NCBI GenBank assembly: GCA_017541035.1
Contig: JAFXZW010000023.1
Coordinates: 116 to 64,115, forward strand
From: Eubacterium sp.
GTDB lineage: Bacteria > Bacillota > Clostridia > Lachnospirales > Lachnospiraceae
Direction of reading: 5' to 3'
DNA: 64,000 nucleotides
The notes under the pieces were generated by a model. It did not search any database. It had not been told where the DNA came from and saw only the letters and a list, made by a program, of their open reading frames with translations. This document shows, one piece after another, positions 9,323 through 17,374 of the stretch. Made by a program: the position numbers and the translations under genes. Every line of letters begins with the position of its first letter. The stretch's first letter is position 1.

Positions 9323-9351
9323 TTGTCAGTATATCGTGAAAATGATACAAT
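9323..9351 (+). promoter_or_regulatory. Sigma-A-type promoter for mobA-mobB
   Basis: TTGTCA, 17 bp, TGa-TACAAT. Confidence 0.7.
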
Positions 9352-9441
9352 GTCTTACATAGTTCGGAGGATATGGTTCTGTATAACGGACTGAAACGTG
9401 ACGGGAAACAGTGCCGAAGAGAGGGATTTCGGAGAGGAATC

Positions 9442-10587
9442 ATGAAACATACAAAGCACCCTGCATATTCCGTGGGCATACTGGCCGGCGGAAAGAGCAC
9501 CCGCATGGGGCAGAATAAAGCTCTGATGGAATTTCAGAATGAAACCATGATCGGCAGGATCTCAAGGGAGTTTCGAGGCTTCGGAGAGGTTCTTGTTTCT
9601 GCGTCTCAAAGGGGAATTTATGAAGCTGAGGGGCTGCGGGTGGTTTATGACGAAGCGGACAGCATCGGGCCGATCGAAGGAATCCGCCAGCTGATCAGCA
9701 ATGCCGGAGAGGAATACATTTTTATCTGTGCCGCCGATATGCCTTTTGTTAATCGTGAGATCGCGGAGTATCTGGCGGAATTTTTATCGTCGGATTTTGA
9801 TTGCTTTGTGATTACGGATGAAGAGCATGTTCATCCGTTATGCGCCATTTATTCCAAACGGGTGCTCCCCGTGGTCGAGGAGTTGATCCGGGAGAAGAAA
9901 TACCGGCTGGTGGAGATACTGAACCGTGTGCGGACCAAATATGTCAGTCTGACGCATACGAATTTCGACCGCCGGATTGTAAAGAATGTCAATACAAAGG
10001 ACGAGTTTCTGGCACTGAGTCTGCCGGTTATTTTTGCTGTGTCCGGTTATCATAACAGCGGAAAGACAGGTCTCATCGAAAAGCTGATCAATGAGTTTAT
10101 CCGGGAGGGATATACGGTCGGTGTGCTGAAGCATGACGGACAGGATCATATCGATGAGGCAGAAGGAACGGATACGGCGCGGCTGCGGAAGGCCGGAGCG
10201 ATGTGCACAGCTGTGGTTTCCGACACAAGGTGCATTTTTGATGTGCAGTTTGTGAAGGTCGGTGGAGAAGCAGCCGGTTCCGGAGAAGCCGGGGAGGAGT
10301 TACGGCAAAAAATGTCGGATGTGCGGAGTCCGGAGACTCTGATCCGGCAGATGAAAGATCTACCGGAACCCCCTTCTGTTATTATCCTGGAGGGCTTTAA
10401 GAATTCGGTTTATCCGAAGATCGAGGTCGTCCGACGGGAAGTTTTTCCCGAAAGTGTCGCGGATCCTGACACCCTGATCTGTATCGTTACCGACTGTATA
10501 TCCCCTGAGAAAGTATCCTGTCCCGTATTCGGGTCGGATGATATCCGGGGGATTTTTTCATGCCTGCGGGAGAGGTTTTCAATCTGA
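9442..10587 (+). CDS. mobA: MobA-MobB fusion (Moco guanylyltransferase plus MobB P-loop domain)
   Basis: LAGGKSTRMGQNK and ICAADMPF (MobA); SGYHNSGKTGLIEKL, LKHDG, ILEGFK (MobB). Confidence 0.88.
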   Translation: MKHTKHPAYSVGILAGGKSTRMGQNKALMEFQNETMIGRISREFRGFGEVLVSASQRGIYEAEGLRVVYDEADSIGPIEGIRQLISNAGEEYIFICAADMPFVNREIAEYLAEFLSSDFDCFVITDEEHVHPLCAIYSKRVLPVVEELIREKKYRLVEILNRVRTKYVSLTHTNFDRRIVKNVNTKDEFLALSLPVIFAVSGYHNSGKTGLIEKLINEFIREGYTVGVLKHDGQDHIDEAEGTDTARLRKAGAMCTAVVSDTRCIFDVQFVKVGGEAAGSGEAGEELRQKMSDVRSPETLIRQMKDLPEPPSVIILEGFKNSVYPKIEVVRREVFPESVADPDTLICIVTDCISPEKVSCPVFGSDDIRGIFSCLRERFSI

Positions 10588-10591
10588 ACGG

Positions 10592-10667
10592 TATGATGCT
10601 GGGGTCAAAGGGTATTTTGCCTTGATGATTCGCAGCACGCACACTACGTGTGCAATGTGCTGCGAGA
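10592..10667 (-). repeat. Dispersed repeat family B, copy 2
   Basis: Reverse complement matches 62472-62540 apart from a short internal indel and a few substitutions; internal hairpin GCACACTACGTGTGC. Confidence 0.85.
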
Positions 10668-10750
10668 TCCCTATCATCATAATATTCATAAAAGAAAACA
10701 GGTTCAGGATTATGTGTAAAAATGGAAATGAATCGAAAGGTTTACATAAT

Positions 10751-11836
10751 ATGAAACTGATCAATACAGAAGAAGCAATCGGACATGTACTGTGCCATGA
10801 CATTACCAGAATCATTCCGGGTGAGGAGAAGGGGCCGGTCTTTCGGAAGGGACATATTGTAACCCGGGAGGATATCCCGGTGCTGCTGTCTGTGGGAAAG
10901 GAGCATCTCTACGTGTGGGAGAAGACGGAAGGAATGCTGCATGAAGATGAAGCAGCTGAAATCCTGCGGGAGATCTGCATGGGGGAAGATACATCCATGA
11001 CTGCATCCGCGCCTTCGGAGGGTAAGATCGAGATCCGCGCAGCACGGGACGGACTTCTTAAGATCGACAGGGAGAAGCTGCTCCGGGTCAACAGCCTTGG
11101 GGAAATGATGATCGCCAGTATTCACGGAGACCAGCCTGTGGGTGCAGGTGCAAAGCTGGCCGGGACCCGCGTGATCCCACTGGTGATCGAAAAGGAGAAA
11201 ATGGAACGGGCAAAGGAAGCGGCCGGAGGGTCGCCGATCTTCTCGATCCTTCCTTTTTCGCACATCCGCTACGGTCTGGTTACTACGGGAAATGAGGTGG
11301 CAGCCGGCCGGATCCGGGATGCCTTTGGTCCGGTGTTGAAGAAGAAAATGGCGGAATACGATACGGAATGTCTGGGGCAGGTGATCCTGCCGGATGATAA
11401 GGAAGCCATTACGAAAGCAATCCTGAAGTTTGTCCGGGAAGGCGCTGATCTGGTGCTTTGCAGCGGTGGTATGAGCGTGGATCCGGATGATAAGACCCCG
11501 GGAGCGATCCGGGATACGGGTGCCGAGGTAGTTAGCTACGGAGCGCCTGTACTTCCGGGAGCCATGTTTCTGCTGGCTTACCTGAAGACGGAAGCGGCTT
11601 TGGGAGATAATCTTCCAGCGGAAGCGGTTTTGGGATCAGAGCGTGTTCACACGGTTCCCGTGCTGGGGATTCCTGGCTGCGTCATGTATGCAAAACGCAC
11701 GGTATTTGATCTGGTGCTGCCCCGTATTCTTGCCGGAGAGCATCTAACCGCAGCGGATCTGGCACGTTATGGGGAAGGCGGTCTGTGTCTGAACTGTGAG
11801 GTATGCCATTTCCCAAACTGCAGTTTCGGGAAGTGA
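10751..11836 (+). CDS. MoeA-like molybdopterin-binding protein with C-terminal Cx2Cx2Cx4C motif
   Basis: AIGHVLCHDIT N-terminus; TTGNEV..G...D, CSGGMSVDPDD, PGAMF; ends CLNCEVCHFPNC. Confidence 0.82.
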   Translation: MKLINTEEAIGHVLCHDITRIIPGEEKGPVFRKGHIVTREDIPVLLSVGKEHLYVWEKTEGMLHEDEAAEILREICMGEDTSMTASAPSEGKIEIRAARDGLLKIDREKLLRVNSLGEMMIASIHGDQPVGAGAKLAGTRVIPLVIEKEKMERAKEAAGGSPIFSILPFSHIRYGLVTTGNEVAAGRIRDAFGPVLKKKMAEYDTECLGQVILPDDKEAITKAILKFVREGADLVLCSGGMSVDPDDKTPGAIRDTGAEVVSYGAPVLPGAMFLLAYLKTEAALGDNLPAEAVLGSERVHTVPVLGIPGCVMYAKRTVFDLVLPRILAGEHLTAADLARYGEGGLCLNCEVCHFPNCSFGK

Positions 11837-11962
11837 TCCCATAACAGGCCGTGAAGGGTAATTTAACCAAAAGCACTGGAAGATGATCTGTCAGGCCGGG
11901 GAGCAATTTACCGAAAGCACCGGACCGAAAGATAGAGAGTGCTGTGACCGAAAGCAAAGGGA

Positions 11963-11991
11963 TGTCAGGGAGCGTAGCGACCGAAGGATCT
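11963..11991 (+). repeat. Degenerate GTCAT-type REP-like element (family A)
   Basis: TGTCAGGGAGCGTAGCGACCGAAGGATCT resembles the left half of 50827-50903. Confidence 0.45.
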
Positions 11992-12027
11992 ACCGGATGC
12001 AAAAGGGTTACGAAGAAAGGAACAGTC

Positions 12028-12507
12028 ATGAACCAGCTTTCACATATCAATGACAAGGGTGAAGCCACCATGGTGGACGTAACGGCAAAGGATGAAACCC
12101 TCAGGTACGCAAGAGCAACCGGCCGGATCCACGTTGGAGCAGCGGTCCTGCAGGCCGTTGAGGAAGGCTCTGTTGCAAAGGGAGATGTATTCGGAACAGC
12201 CAGAATCGCCGGAATCATGGCAGCAAAGAAAACGCCGGATCTGATTCCGCTCTGCCATGGGCTGTTGTTAACAAAGATAGCAGTGGATTTTACTGTATGC
12301 CCTGAAACCTCCGATATTCTCTGCACCGGAGAAGTGCGTCTTACCGGAAAGACCGGTGCGGAAATGGAGGCCCTCACGGCTGTCAGTGTGGCGCTGCTTA
12401 CGATTTACGATATGTGCAAGGCCATTGATAAGGAGATGGTTATTTCCGATATCCGTCTGGAGGAGAAGGACGGCGGAAAAACTGGACATTTTCAGAGAAC
12501 CAGGTAA
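12028..12507 (+). CDS. moaC: Cyclic pyranopterin monophosphate synthase
   Basis: LSH...[40 protein letters not shown]. Confidence 0.95.
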   Translation: MNQLSHINDKGEATMVDVTAKDETLRYARATGRIHVGAAVLQAVEEGSVAKGDVFGTARIAGIMAAKKTPDLIPLCHGLLLTKIAVDFTVCPETSDILCTGEVRLTGKTGAEMEALTAVSVALLTIYDMCKAIDKEMVISDIRLEEKDGGKTGHFQRTR

Positions 12508-12516
12508 AAAAGGAAA

Positions 12517-13347
12517 ATGAATAAGATGAAAAAAATATTAAGCACGCTGCTCTGTCTGGGAATACTCTTTTGCCTTGTTGCCTGCGGAGACAGGAAGGAG
12601 GAGGGTACGACAGCGGCATCCACAACGGAAGAAGGAAACGTAAATGAAGAGCAGGCAACGCTCCTTGTCATGGCTGCGGCTTCCCTTACAGATGTCTGCA
12701 CGGAATTAACGCTGAAGTATAACATCACGCATCCGAATGTTCAGCTGATGTTTCATTTTGCCGGTTCCGGCGCACTGCAGACACAGATCGAAGCCGGTGC
12801 GGATGCGGACATTTTCATTTCGGCCGCACAGAAGCAGATGAATGCTCTGAAGGACCAGAAACTCATGAAAGAGGATACGATCGTTGACCTTCTTGAGAAT
12901 AAGGTTGTTCTGATCGTGCCGAAGAACAGTACGCTGGGTCTTACGGGTTTTGCGGATGTGAAGAAGGAAAATGTGAAGCTCGTGGGCATCGGCGAGGTGG
13001 AAAGCGTTCCCGCCGGGCAATATGCAAAGGAGATTTTCACAAATCTCGGCTGTTGGGATGAGATTGAGAAAAAGGCTAATTTCGGTACGGACGTGCGGAC
13101 CGTGCTGGGATGGGTGGAGACATCAAATGTGGATTGCGGCGTCGTTTATGCAACCGATGCCAAATCCAGTGAAAATGTGAAGGTTGTAGCGGAGGCCCCG
13201 GAAGGATCCTGTAAACCGGTGATTTATCCTGCGGGGGTGATCGCATCCTCCAAAAATCAGAAAGCTGCAGAGGAATTTCTTCATTTTCTGAAGAGCGACG
13301 AAGCAAAGCAGATTTTTGAGAAGCACGGTTTTTCCCTTGCAAAATAA
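12517..13347 (+). CDS. modA: Molybdate ABC transporter substrate-binding lipoprotein
   Basis: Lipobox LVAC; AAASL; GSGALQTQIEAGADADIFISA; VYATDA. Confidence 0.93.
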   Translation: MNKMKKILSTLLCLGILFCLVACGDRKEEGTTAASTTEEGNVNEEQATLLVMAAASLTDVCTELTLKYNITHPNVQLMFHFAGSGALQTQIEAGADADIFISAAQKQMNALKDQKLMKEDTIVDLLENKVVLIVPKNSTLGLTGFADVKKENVKLVGIGEVESVPAGQYAKEIFTNLGCWDEIEKKANFGTDVRTVLGWVETSNVDCGVVYATDAKSSENVKVVAEAPEGSCKPVIYPAGVIASSKNQKAAEEFLHFLKSDEAKQIFEKHGFSLAK

Positions 13348-13426
13348 AGTGAGAATGTAAAGGCTTGATAGGATAATGATTTTATCTGACGGATGATCGC
13401 ATCGCCTGACGGAAGAGGAAAGTGAT

Positions 13427-14110
13427 ATGGACCTTTCACCTTTATGGATATCCTTAAAAATAGCCCTGATCGCAACGGGGATCACATTTCTTTTAGGCCT
13501 TCCCGCGGCCTGGGGTGTAACGCATCTTGGAAGAGGGAAGCACATCGTGGACGGGATCCTTTCCATTCCGTTGGTGCTTCCTCCCACGGTGGTGGGTTTT
13601 CTATTGCTGATTCTGTTCGGACAGAGCTCCGCCTTCGGGCGTTTTCTGCAATCCATCGGCATCAACGTGATCTTCACCTGGCAGGGTGCGGTGATCGCCG
13701 CAGTGGTGGTATCCTTCCCTGTCATGTACCGGGGAATGAGAGGCGCTATCGAACAGGTGGATGAGAATCTGATTCACGCTGCGCGGACACTGGGGATGCG
13801 GGAGTTTACGATCCTGCGCCGCGTAATCCTTCCCTCCGCCTGGCCGGGGGTGGCAGCGGCGGCGGTGCTGTCCTTTGCCCGTGCCCTGGGCGAATTCGGC
13901 GCCACCATTATGATCGCCGGAAATCTTCCGGGGAAGACGCAGACCATGTCGGTTGCCGTGTACACAGCCATGCAGGGAGGCAACCGCGGGCTGGCACTGA
14001 AGTGGGTGCTTATCATCGTCACCTTTTCGCTGATCATACTGATTCTGATGAATTACTGTACCGCCGCAGGCTTCCGGAGGAGAAGAAATGCAACTTACGG
14101 TAGACATTGA
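13427..14110 (+). CDS. modB: Molybdate ABC transporter permease
   Basis: LPPTVVGF, EAA-like loop, FARALGEFGAT. Confidence 0.93.
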   Translation: MDLSPLWISLKIALIATGITFLLGLPAAWGVTHLGRGKHIVDGILSIPLVLPPTVVGFLLLILFGQSSAFGRFLQSIGINVIFTWQGAVIAAVVVSFPVMYRGMRGAIEQVDENLIHAARTLGMREFTILRRVILPSAWPGVAAAAVLSFARALGEFGATIMIAGNLPGKTQTMSVAVYTAMQGGNRGLALKWVLIIVTFSLIILILMNYCTAAGFRRRRNATYGRH

Positions 14111-15233
14111 AAAAAAAGTCGGAGCCTTCTGTCTGCATACAGCATTTGATGTGGATATGGAGCGACTGGCTTTGCTGGGAGCTTCCGGCTGCGGAAAAAG
14201 TATGACGTTAAAATGCATCGCCGGAATCGAGAAACCGGATCGGGGCAGGATCATCCTCGGAGACCGGGTGCTTTTTGATGCGGAAAAAAAGATCTGTCTT
14301 CCGGCCAGGGAAAGAAGGGTAGGTTACCTTTTCCAGGACTACGCTCTTTTTCCGAACATGACGGTACGTAAAAATGTGACCTGTGCCGCCAAGGATCCTG
14401 CTTATGCAGAGGAACTGCTGGAGCGTTTCGGTATCCGGGAGGTGGCGGAGCAGTATCCTGCGGAGCTTTCCGGAGGGCAGAGTCAGAGAACGGCTTTGGC
14501 ACGCATGCTGGCGGCTAAGCCTGAGGTATTGCTAATGGATGAACCCTTTTCGGCACTGGATAATTATATGCGAACCCGTATGGAGCATGAGATCCTGGAT
14601 ATCATGAAGGATTTTACAGGTCCGGTGATCCTGGTTACCCATGACCGGAACGAAGCGTACCGGCTGGCAGAACGGATCGGAGTGATGGAGGCCGGCAGGC
14701 TGGCGGAGCTGCAGGAGAGAAAGGAATTCTTTGATCATCCCAGAACAGTAGCGGCTGCCCGGCTCACGGGCTGTAAGAACATTTCCCGTCTGGTCGGGAG
14801 AGGGGACGGAAGCTTTTTTGCCGAGGACTGGGGAATATCGGTGGCGGAACCCGGGGGATGCAGCCTGAAGGGCGTTCCTTATGTGGGCTTTCGGGCGCAC
14901 TATTTCCGGTGGGCAGACGAGAGGATGCGGAAGGATTCCGGAAATTCAGCAGGCCAGACACCGGAACGCACATCCGGAGCAGAAAACGAAGAGAAGTATG
15001 TATCGGGAAATGCAGCAGGCCAGGTGATCTCCTGCCGGCTGCAGCGAGTAATCGAGGATACCTTCTCCGTGGTGGTCTGCTTTACCGCTGAGGGAAATAC
15101 CTCTGAATCACCGGATGCCCTGCTTACCTGGGTGGTGGATAAGACACACTGGGAAAATGTGAGGGAACAGGTGTTGACGGGACATTTCTACCTGCAGCCC
15201 GATCCCGGAAAGTTGATGCTGTTGGAGGGCTGA
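14088..15233 (+). CDS. modC: Molybdate ABC transporter ATPase
   Basis: GASGCGKS Walker A, LSGGQ signature, LLMDEPFSALD. Confidence 0.9.
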   Translation: MQLTVDIEKKVGAFCLHTAFDVDMERLALLGASGCGKSMTLKCIAGIEKPDRGRIILGDRVLFDAEKKICLPARERRVGYLFQDYALFPNMTVRKNVTCAAKDPAYAEELLERFGIREVAEQYPAELSGGQSQRTALARMLAAKPEVLLMDEPFSALDNYMRTRMEHEILDIMKDFTGPVILVTHDRNEAYRLAERIGVMEAGRLAELQERKEFFDHPRTVAAARLTGCKNISRLVGRGDGSFFAEDWGISVAEPGGCSLKGVPYVGFRAHYFRWADERMRKDSGNSAGQTPERTSGAENEEKYVSGNAAGQVISCRLQRVIEDTFSVVVCFTAEGNTSESPDALLTWVVDKTHWENVREQVLTGHFYLQPDPGKLMLLEG

Positions 15234-15308
15234 GACAGGTCCGGGGAAGTGGTTGAAATGATAAATCCTCAGAATATAACCATGTGTCATTGTGAACAGG
15301 AGACGAAA

Positions 15309-16313
15309 ATGACTGAACTTGTGGATGCTTACGGAAGAAAGGTGGATTATCTCAGAATCTCTCTGACGGACCGTTGCAATCTCCGTTGCAGGTACTGCAT
15401 GCCGAAGGAGGGAATCGGCGGGATCGGACATGAGAGGATCCTCACATTGGAGGAAATCCTCCGGGTGGCGCGTATCCTTACGGAGATGGGAGTCCGGCGT
15501 ATCCGGATCACAGGAGGCGAACCGCTGGTGCGCAGGAATGTACTGTATCTCATCCGCCAGCTGGGTACGCTCCCGGGGCAGCCGGAGCTGACTCTGACCA
15601 CTAATGGAGTGTTGCTGGAGGAGGTACTTCCGGAGATCCTTGCAGCGGGACTGCACAGCATTAATATCAGTCTCGATACCCTGGACCGGGAGGTTTACCG
15701 GGAGCTTACCGGGACGGATGCGCTGGAACGCGTGCTCCGCGGAATGGAGAAGGCGCTGGAAATGGGTATGCAGGTCAAGTTGAATACCGTTCCCATCCGC
15801 GGAATCAATGAGAAGGAACTGACAGTGCTGGCCGGTCTGGCACGGGACAGAGGAATCGCGGTCCGATTTATCGAGCTGATGCCCATAGGCTGCGCGAAGG
15901 ATTTAAGAGGCATCCCGGGAGAAGAGATCCTGCATATTCTGGAAGACGAATACGGCTCTGCCGAACCGGAGGGAGGAACTCCCGGAGTATCGGAACTGCA
16001 AAAGGAAGCCAGGGGGCCGGCACGGTATTATCATTTCAGAGGCTTTCAGGGAAATGTGGGATTCATTGATCCCCTTTCTCACAGCTTCTGCAGCAGCTGT
16101 AACCGTGTACGCCTTACATCGGATGGCCGTCTGAAGCTGTGCCTATATTATCCGGAGGGGCCGGATCTGCGGGAAATGCTTCGGGGAGGCTGCAGCGATG
16201 AGGAGCTGAAGCAGGCAATCACACGGGAACTGATCTACAAGCCGGAATGTCACAGCTTTATCAACCCGTCAGAGGGAAAAGATTCAAGAAATATGAACGA
16301 GATCGGAGGATAG
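15309..16313 (+). CDS. moaA: GTP 3',8-cyclase (radical SAM)
   Basis: CNLRCRYC; C-terminal CSSCNRVRLT...LC; ends IGG. Confidence 0.95.
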   Translation: MTELVDAYGRKVDYLRISLTDRCNLRCRYCMPKEGIGGIGHERILTLEEILRVARILTEMGVRRIRITGGEPLVRRNVLYLIRQLGTLPGQPELTLTTNGVLLEEVLPEILAAGLHSINISLDTLDREVYRELTGTDALERVLRGMEKALEMGMQVKLNTVPIRGINEKELTVLAGLARDRGIAVRFIELMPIGCAKDLRGIPGEEILHILEDEYGSAEPEGGTPGVSELQKEARGPARYYHFRGFQGNVGFIDPLSHSFCSSCNRVRLTSDGRLKLCLYYPEGPDLREMLRGGCSDEELKQAITRELIYKPECHSFINPSEGKDSRNMNEIGG

Positions 16314-16316
16314 AAA

Positions 16317-17249
16317 ATGGGTCGGGTACGCGCGGTCTGCATCAGTGAGAAAAAGGGAACCCCGAAGAGGGATATCGGAAGAAGCCTTTTGATTAAGGAT
16401 TTCGGGCTTGAAAAGGATGCCCATGCGGGAAGTCCGCGGCAGGTCAGTATGCTTGCGGCGGAGGAGGTGGAGGCATTCCGTGAGCGTTCAAAGGGAGAAC
16501 TGCCCCCCGGTATCTTCGGTGAAAATCTGCTTGTGGAGGGGTTTGATCTCGCCAAATGTCCCGTGGGCACGCAGTTTCGGATCGGAGATGTACTTCTTCG
16601 CCTGACACAGATCGGAAAGCAGTGCCACAGCGGCTGTGTGATCATGCAGAAAACGGGGGAATGCATCATGCCCCGGCAGGGTGTATTTGCCGAGGTACTG
16701 CAGGGGGGCGTTGTGACCTCAGGTGACAGGATCCTGCGCCTTCCGCCGGAGCAGCGGGAGCAGGGATCGCCCTTCCGCGCGGTTATTCTTACCGCCAGTG
16801 ACCGTTCCTTCCGGGGAGAGAGAAAGGATCAAAGCGGTCCGAAGATCGCAGAGCTTCTTTCTGCCGCGAAATACGAGATAGTGGGTACGGAGCTTCTCCC
16901 CGATGATGAAGAAGGCCTCATCAATGTGATGACGGAGATCTGTGATATCGAACGGCCGGATGTTCTCTTTACCACAGGAGGAACTGGTTTTTCACCCCGT
17001 GACCGGATGCCGGAAGCTACCCGGAGGATTGCGGAACGGGATGTCCCTGGCATTGCTGAAGGAATCCGGGCCTACAGTCTTACCATTACCCCCCGGGCCA
17101 TGCTGTCCCGCGCCGTCAGTGTAATCCGTGGTGGTACGCTCATTGTCAATCTCCCGGGGAGTCCGAAGGCAGTTGAAGAATGCCTTACCTATCTGATGCC
17201 TGTTCTTGAACATGGTCTCGGCATTCTCCGGGGAGAAGCGGACGAATAG
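16317..17249 (+). CDS. MOSC domain fused to MogA/MoaB molybdopterin adenylyltransferase
   Basis: FGENL and IGKQCHSGC (MOSC); TTGGTGFSPRD and NLPGSPKAV (MogA). Confidence 0.87.
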   Translation: MGRVRAVCISEKKGTPKRDIGRSLLIKDFGLEKDAHAGSPRQVSMLAAEEVEAFRERSKGELPPGIFGENLLVEGFDLAKCPVGTQFRIGDVLLRLTQIGKQCHSGCVIMQKTGECIMPRQGVFAEVLQGGVVTSGDRILRLPPEQREQGSPFRAVILTASDRSFRGERKDQSGPKIAELLSAAKYEIVGTELLPDDEEGLINVMTEICDIERPDVLFTTGGTGFSPRDRMPEATRRIAERDVPGIAEGIRAYSLTITPRAMLSRAVSVIRGGTLIVNLPGSPKAVEECLTYLMPVLEHGLGILRGEADE

Positions 17250-17285
17250 AGACAGAAGTTTTCAATGTTATAATTGTGAAAAGGA

Positions 17286-17315
17286 TTGTCACTCATTACT
17301 CTGATGTGATACAAT
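17286..17315 (+). promoter_or_regulatory. Putative sigma-A promoter for the GGDEF-EAL gene
   Basis: TTGTCA, 18 bp, TGa-TACAAT; same hexamers as the mobA promoter. Confidence 0.55.
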
Positions 17316-17374
17316 GTAATAGACTATAAGGGCAACAGAAAAACTCATTTTGTATAATTGTTTTGGGGAAGTAC

